64,000 nucleotides of DNA from an uncultured delta proteobacterium. GTDB lineage: Bacteria > Myxococcota > Myxococcia > Myxococcales > Anaeromyxobacteraceae. How positions within the stretch are numbered: position 1 is the first letter of the stretch; every line of letters starts with the position of its first letter. Location of the stretch: contig CAWHDZ010000040.1 in the NCBI GenBank assembly GCA_963828255.1, forward strand, positions 238,103 to 302,102, written 5' to 3'. The notes under the pieces are model-generated. The model was not told where the DNA came from. It searched no databases and was given only the letters and a program-made list of their open reading frames with translations. The position numbers were made by a program, and so were the translations under genes. This document shows, piece after piece, positions 58,647 through 64,000 of the stretch.

Positions 58647-60855
58647 TCGAGACGCGCACCACCTTCTGCAGGATCTGCGAGTCGCTCTGCGGGCTCGTCG
58701 TCGAGGTCGAGGACGGGCGGGTCGTGAAGGTCCGGGCCGACGACGACCACGTCGCGACCCGGGGCTTCTCCTGCCCGAAGGGGCTCCGCCAGCACGAGAT
58801 CTACGCGTCCCCCGACCGGCTGCTCGCCCCGGAGAAGCGCATCGGCGACCGCTGGGAGCGGATCGGCTGGGACCGCGCGCTCCGGGAGATCGGGACCAAG
58901 GTCCGCACGCTCCGCGCCGAGCACGGGCCGGACAGCATCGCCATGTACGTGGGAACGGCTGCCGGGTTCGGCGTGCTGCACCCGGTCTTCGCGCAGGGCT
59001 TCATGACCGGGCTCGGGTCCCGGTCGATGTACTCGTCGTCGACCCAGGACTGCGCCAACAAGTTCGCCGTGGCCCGCGAGGTCTACGGCTTCCCCTTCAC
59101 GCAGCCCTTCCCGGACCTGGAACGCGTCCGCTGCCTCGTCATCGTCGGCGCCAACCCGGTCATCTCCAAGTGGAGCTTCCTCCAGGTGCCGAACCCGGCG
59201 CGGGCGCTCCAGGCCATCGAGGCGCGCGGCGGGCGGGTCTTCGTGGTCGACCCGCGACGGACCGAGACGGCCCGGGCCGCGGGAGAGCACGTCTTCATCC
59301 GTCCGGACACCGACGTCTTCTTCTACCTCTCGTTCCTGCGGGAGCTGCTCGCCGGCGGGGTCGACGAGGACCGCGTCGGCAGGTTCGCGAAGGGGCTCGG
59401 CGAGGTGCGGGACCTCTGCGCACCGTGGACGCCGGAGCGCACGGCCGAGGTGACGCGCATCCCCCCGGAGAAGCTCCGGGAGATGGTGGCGGCCTTCCGG
59501 TCCGCGGACGGGGCGGCGCTCTACTCGCTCGACCGGCGTCAACATGGGGTCGAACGGATCGCTGGCCTTCTGGCTGCAGGAGGTGGCGAACTGCGTCTCC
59601 GGGAAACCTCGACCGGCCCGGCGGGACGCTCGTCGGCAAGGGAGTGATCGACTTCGCCGCCTTCGGGAAGAGGACCGGCACCCTGATGCGCAACGACCGG
59701 TCCCGGATCGGCGAGTTCCAGTCGGTGAACGACGGGTTCCCGGGCGGGATCCTGGCCGACGAGATCCTCACCCCCGGCGACCGGCAGGTCCGGGCCCTCT
59801 TCGTCACCGGGGGGAATCCGCTCCTCACCATGGCCAACGCCGGGCGGCTCCGGAAGGCCTTCGAGAAGCTGGAACTGCTCGTCACCCTCGACCTCTTCAA
59901 GAACGAGACCGGATCGGTCGCGCACTACGTCCTGCCCTGCACCTCGCCGCTCGAGCGCCCCGACCTGCCCTTCATCTTCCCGCTCATGCTGGGGCTCCAG
60001 GAGCGGCCGTACCTCCAGGCCACCGATGCGCTGCTTCCCGCCGCCGGGAGAGGTCCGGGACGAGGCCACCATCTACGTCGACCTGTGCCGGGAGAGCGGG
60101 GTCTCGCTCTTCGGATCCCGCGTCGCCCAGGCGACTCCTCGGGACGATGCGGCGGCTCTCGCCCCGGACGGGAACGCAGCCGGCGCTTCCCCAGAAGCTG
60201 CTCCTGTCGGCGATCCTGCGGGCCACGAAGCAGGGGTCCTTCCGGGCCCTGCTCCGGGAATCCCACGGGCGGCTCCGCGAGCCCCACCGGGGAGGGGACT
60301 TTCTCGGGACCCGGGTGACGACCGACGACCGGCTCGTCGATCTGGCTCCGCCGCGGCTGCTCGAGCAGGCGAGAAAGCTGGAGGGAGACTTCGAGAAGGA
60401 GAAGGGGACGGCGGGACCAGCTCAAGCTCGTGACGCGGCGCGCGGTCGGTACCCACAACTCCTGGACCCACAACATCGCGGCCTTCGCGGCTCCGGGGAC
60501 GAACCTGCTCTACATGCACCCTGAGGACGCGGTCCAGCGGGGCCTCGAGGACGGGGCGGTCGCCGACGTCTCGACCCCGGTTGCCACGGTGCGCCTGCCC
60601 GTGAAGTACCTTCCCGACCTCATGCCCGGCACGGTGGCGCTTCCCCACGGGTGGGGGCACCAGCACGCAACGGGGCTGTCGATCGCGTCCAGGACGCGCG
60701 GCGTGAACGTGAATCTCCTCGCGGCCGACGGTCCGGATGGCATCGAGCGGATGAGCGGAATGGCCCACCTTACCGGGTTCCCCGTAGAGGTACGCCCGGC
60801 CCAGGGGCCCCTGGACCCGCACACCTGGTCCGGGATCGACCCGTCCGTGGCCTGA
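58643..60855 (+). pseudogene. Molybdopterin-dependent oxidoreductase (DMSO reductase family) split by about five frameshifts (pseudogene or sequence error)
   Basis: CRICESLCG...CPKG Fe-S motif, GANP, VVDPRRTETA, GNLDRPGG, GGNP, HNSW, LYMHPEDA, LPHGWG spread over three frames. Confidence 0.8.
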
Positions 60856-61038
60856 TCCGGCCCTCGCTGTACCCGGCCGGGTTGCTTCCTCGGCCTGGCT
60901 GTGTGACGCAGCGTGACTTTCCGGGGGGAGGACCGCAAATTTGGAGGCGATCCGCTTCATGTAGGATATACGGAAGGCTCAGATTCCCGCTCGAAGAGGC
61001 GGCGCGAAGCCGCTTTCACTGGGAAGGAGAACCATCCG

Positions 61039-62046
61039 ATGAAGAGGATCCTTTTCGCCGTCGCAGTCGTGGCCCTCGGCCTCGCTACCGGGAGTGCCGA
61101 TGCCCAGGCCTTCAAGCCTGATCCCAAGATGAACTACGAGGTCGTGGCGTTCCGCTCCGTCGAGACCGGCAGGCTCGAGGGCGTGGTCTCCTCGGTCGAT
61201 CCGGCGGGCCGCAAGGTCGACATCAAGGGACCGAGCGGCAAGGTCCGCTCGGTGAAGGCCGGCAAGAACATCCAGGGGCTCGAGAAGGTCAACGTCGAGG
61301 ACAGGATCGTCGCCGAGACCTACCGCTCCGCCACCTTCCTGGTCGAGAAGAAGGGCCAGGCCCCGATGTCGCCCGAGGTGGTGAGCGCCTTCCAGTCCGC
61401 CTCCAGGACCAACGAGGTGCTCGAGGCCAGCGAGGTGGTCGCCCAGGGCACCGCCACGGTCGCCGCCGTCGACAAGGCCGCCGGCACGATCACCTTCGCG
61501 GGCCCCGACGGGCGCATGACCCCGATCCGGGTCGACAACGTCGCGCTGCTCGACGGCATCGCGGTCGGCCAGAAGGTCGACTACCGGGTCGTCGACGTGG
61601 TTGCCTTCGACATGAAGGTGACGCCGAAGCCGGCTCCTCCTCCGCCGCCTCCTCCGGCCAAGGCGAAGATCGAGGGCAAGAAGATCGTCATCTCCGACGT
61701 GATCTTCTTCGAGACCAACAAGGACACCATCAAGACCGTCTCCTACGACGTGCTGAACGACGTGGCCTCGATCATGAAGTCCAACCCGGGGATCAACGTC
61801 CGGGTCGAGGGGCACGCCTCCAAGGATCCCGCCTCCGCCAAGCGCGGCAAGGCCGGCTACGACTTCAACCTGAAGCTGTCGGACGCCCGTGCCAAGGCGG
61901 TCAAGGCCTACCTCGTCGAGAAGGGCGGCATCGCCGCTGACCGTCTCGAGGGCGTCGGCTTCGGCTGGAACCGGCCCATCGCCCCGAACGACACGAGGGA
62001 CGGGCGCTACAAGAACCAGCGCGTCGAGTTCACGATCACGAACTAG
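61039..62046 (+). CDS. Exported OmpA/MotB C-terminal domain protein
   Basis: AAGGAG RBS, signal peptide, poly-Pro linker, IFFETNK, VRVEGH, NLKLS.ARA.AV, NQRVEF. Confidence 0.9.
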   Translation: MKRILFAVAVVALGLATGSADAQAFKPDPKMNYEVVAFRSVETGRLEGVVSSVDPAGRKVDIKGPSGKVRSVKAGKNIQGLEKVNVEDRIVAETYRSATFLVEKKGQAPMSPEVVSAFQSASRTNEVLEASEVVAQGTATVAAVDKAAGTITFAGPDGRMTPIRVDNVALLDGIAVGQKVDYRVVDVVAFDMKVTPKPAPPPPPPPAKAKIEGKKIVISDVIFFETNKDTIKTVSYDVLNDVASIMKSNPGINVRVEGHASKDPASAKRGKAGYDFNLKLSDARAKAVKAYLVEKGGIAADRLEGVGFGWNRPIAPNDTRDGRYKNQRVEFTITN

Positions 62047-62068
62047 CACCGACGGTTCCCGAATCCCG

Positions 62069-62101
62069 GCGGCCGGCTCCTCCAGGGGCCGGCCGCTTTC
62101 T
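62069..62101 (+). terminator. Intrinsic terminator after the OmpA-domain gene
   Basis: gcggccggctcc-tcca-ggggccggccgc followed by tttct. Confidence 0.65.
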
Positions 62102-62141
62102 GCTCGTGGTAGCATCGATGGCCTTCGACAGGAGGAAATCC

Positions 62142-62708
62142 GTGGACCGCCTTCTCTCCCTGCTCGCCGCTCTCGCCTTCGTCGTGCCCGCCCTCGCCGT
62201 CGCCGAGGACCCTGCACCGCCCGCCGGAGCGGCCAGGCCCGCCGATGCCGCGGCGACTCCCACCCAGACGGTGGAGGTGATGGTCGGCGAGGTGATCACC
62301 CTCCCGTACAACCGATCGGCGGCCTACGGGCCGGCAAGGGTCCGCGGCCCTGCCGTGAACCTCACGGACGGCGGGGACGGGGAGTGGAAGGGCAACATCA
62401 AGAACCTGGACGGGGTCTTCAAGGTCACGGAAGGTCGCATCTCCGGCGCCAACCTGAATCTGGTGATGGATCGGGACGGTGCGGAGTGGACCTGCCAGGG
62501 CACCGTCGACGGCAAGCGCGTCCGCATCGTCCTGTCCCCGGACGGACTGGTCGCCCGGTATGACGACCGGCTCTACGAGCTGAGCCGGGTCGCTCCCGAC
62601 CTCTGGGCCACCGTGCCCACCGGGCCGGCGATCCGCGTGAAGGGCGACGCGGCGGGCAAGAGCCCCTATTACCCGCAGTTCATCTTCGCGCTGCTCTCGG
62701 TACTCTGA
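62142..62708 (+). CDS. Hypothetical exported protein
   Basis: AGGAGG RBS before GTG 62142, signal peptide (LLSLLAALAFVVPALAVA), typical high-GC codon use. Confidence 0.7.
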   Translation: MDRLLSLLAALAFVVPALAVAEDPAPPAGAARPADAAATPTQTVEVMVGEVITLPYNRSAAYGPARVRGPAVNLTDGGDGEWKGNIKNLDGVFKVTEGRISGANLNLVMDRDGAEWTCQGTVDGKRVRIVLSPDGLVARYDDRLYELSRVAPDLWATVPTGPAIRVKGDAAGKSPYYPQFIFALLSVL

Positions 62709-62884
62709 CGCCGGGCCATGAACGAACGATTCCGGCGCTCGTCCACGGGGCGATCCTCGCGTTCGTCTTCGGCATCCTGGTGGTCTACGTGATCGTCGGG
62801 CTCACGCGCCTCCTGGGACGCCGAGACGCGGGCGGCTGTGATGGCCCCCCCAGCAGGTCCCCGCGTTGACCCACCGGGACAGCG

Positions 62885-64000
62885 CTACCTTGCCTGCCAG
62901 GGTATCGCCCAGAGCTCCCTTCCGGTGATCGCGTCGTCCGCTGTGAAGAAGAGCTTGGAGCCGGAGACCACGAAGCCGGCCGGGTTGGACGACTCGGCAC
63001 CCGGGGCGACGTCCGCCAGCATCCGGGTTCCGCTGCCGGTGCCATCGCTCAGCCAGGGCTCGCGACCCGTCACTCCGTCATCGTCGCTGAAGAGCAGGGT
63101 CCGGCCGATGGCGGTGAGGCCCTTCGTCGAGCCGAACTCGGGTCCCGCGGTCAGGCTCAGCACCTTGACGGTTCCCCTCGCCGTCCCGTCGCTTCTCCAT
63201 AGCGAGGTCACGAAGTCATTCGCGACGGCGTAGAAGTAGAGCCTGCCGCCCATGCTGGTGAGCCACGCAGGCCATGAAGAGTACGCGTACCACGACTCCC
63301 CGAACCATTCCCCTCCTGGCGCGATGTCCTTCACGATGCGTGTTCCGCCGGCCGTCCCGTTCGTCTTCCACAGCTCGGTTCCCGTCACGTCGTCCTGGGC
63401 GACGAAGAACAGCGTGCCGTCCATGGTCGTGAACTGGGGTCCCGACGGGAATGCCGGGAATGCGACTGCCTTGACGGGAACGGTTCCAGCCCGCGTGCCA
63501 TCGCTCTTCCAGAGCTCGCTGTCCTGGGGGCGGCCATCGAAGTAGTTGACCTGGAAGAACAGGTTGCCATCGGAAGCGGCGAGATTGAAGGGGACGGCGG
63601 TGCTCACATTGAACTTCTTCACGAGGACCGTGCCCTTCACCGTCCCGTCGGTCTTCCAGAGCCCCAGGTCGCCCAGCGAGTCGGCGCGGTCGTAGGCCCC
63701 GAAGAACAGCGCGCCACCCACCGCCGTGAGTTCGAACGGATACGCGGGACCGCCGGCACGATTCGTCAACTGTACGGTCCCCGCCTTCGTTCCATCGCTC
63801 GTCCAGAGCCACGACACTCCAGCGTCGGCGTCATCGTGGCGGAAGAAGAGCCTCCGGCCGGCCCGGGTGAGCGCGTACAGGCCAGAGTCGGGCCACCCCG
63901 CGTTGATGATCGTCTTGACCAGGGCGGTTCCGCGGGCGGTGCCATCGGTCTTCCACAGGCCCATGGCGGTGGCACCGGTACGGGCGAAGAAGATGCAGGC
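62885..64000 (-). CDS. ELWxxDGT repeat (beta-propeller-like) protein, 5' end off the window
   Basis: Repeats GLWKTDGT, WLWTSDGT, ELWKSDGT, ELWKTNGT, SLWRSDGT, EPWLSDGT. Confidence 0.9.
   Translation of the reverse strand, partial: ACIFFARTGATAMGLWKTDGTARGTALVKTIINAGWPDSGLYALTRAGRRLFFRHDDADAGVSWLWTSDGTKAGTVQLTNRAGGPAYPFELTAVGGALFFGAYDRADSLGDLGLWKTDGTVKGTVLVKKFNVSTAVPFNLAASDGNLFFQVNYFDGRPQDSELWKSDGTRAGTVPVKAVAFPAFPSGPQFTTMDGTLFFVAQDDVTGTELWKTNGTAGGTRIVKDIAPGGEWFGESWYAYSSWPAWLTSMGGRLYFYAVANDFVTSLWRSDGTARGTVKVLSLTAGPEFGSTKGLTAIGRTLLFSDDDGVTGREPWLSDGTGSGTRMLADVAPGAESSNPAGFVVSGSKLFFTADDAITGRELWAIPWQAR

Noticed and set aside
57362..59647. 761-aa ORF suggesting a lipoprotein-molybdoenzyme fusion
   Set aside because: It arises from the frameshift near 58018; the oxidoreductase has its own ATG at 58643 overlapping the upstream stop.

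Overview
High-GC bacterial chromosomal segment, most likely from an Anaeromyxobacter-like Myxococcota genome. This assignment is inferred from codon style, gene content and a RomX-like gene. The core (15.5-37.3 kb) is a str-S10-spc-alpha ribosomal supercluster joined directly to the rpsP-khpA-rimM-trmD-rplS operon. It lacks rplC and infA at their usual positions, several r-proteins carry Lys/Ala-rich tails, and several spacers are structured. The left flank holds a sigma54 two-component system with a sigma54-driven small Ala/Pro/Lys-rich exported protein, a coupled queD-divergent folE-SDR-FAD oxidase operon, korAB, sugar-nucleotide enzymes, mtgA, an Fe/Mn SOD and mutY. The right flank holds a membrane-anchored SMC/YhaN-like protein without Walker A, yraN, rsmI, a second sigma54 two-component system, slt, a J-like/HTH protein, a romX-like gene, rluD, an ABC exporter, speA, two antiporter-like genes plus MscS, a PhnD-like/TPR/molybdopterin oxidoreductase operon, an OmpA-domain protein and an ELWxxDGT repeat protein. 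About ten single-base frameshifts are present, including one that makes an apparent rplO-secY fusion; these are probably sequencing or assembly indels. No tRNA, rRNA, CRISPR array or mobile element was recognised. All calls come from reading the sequence; no searches were run.
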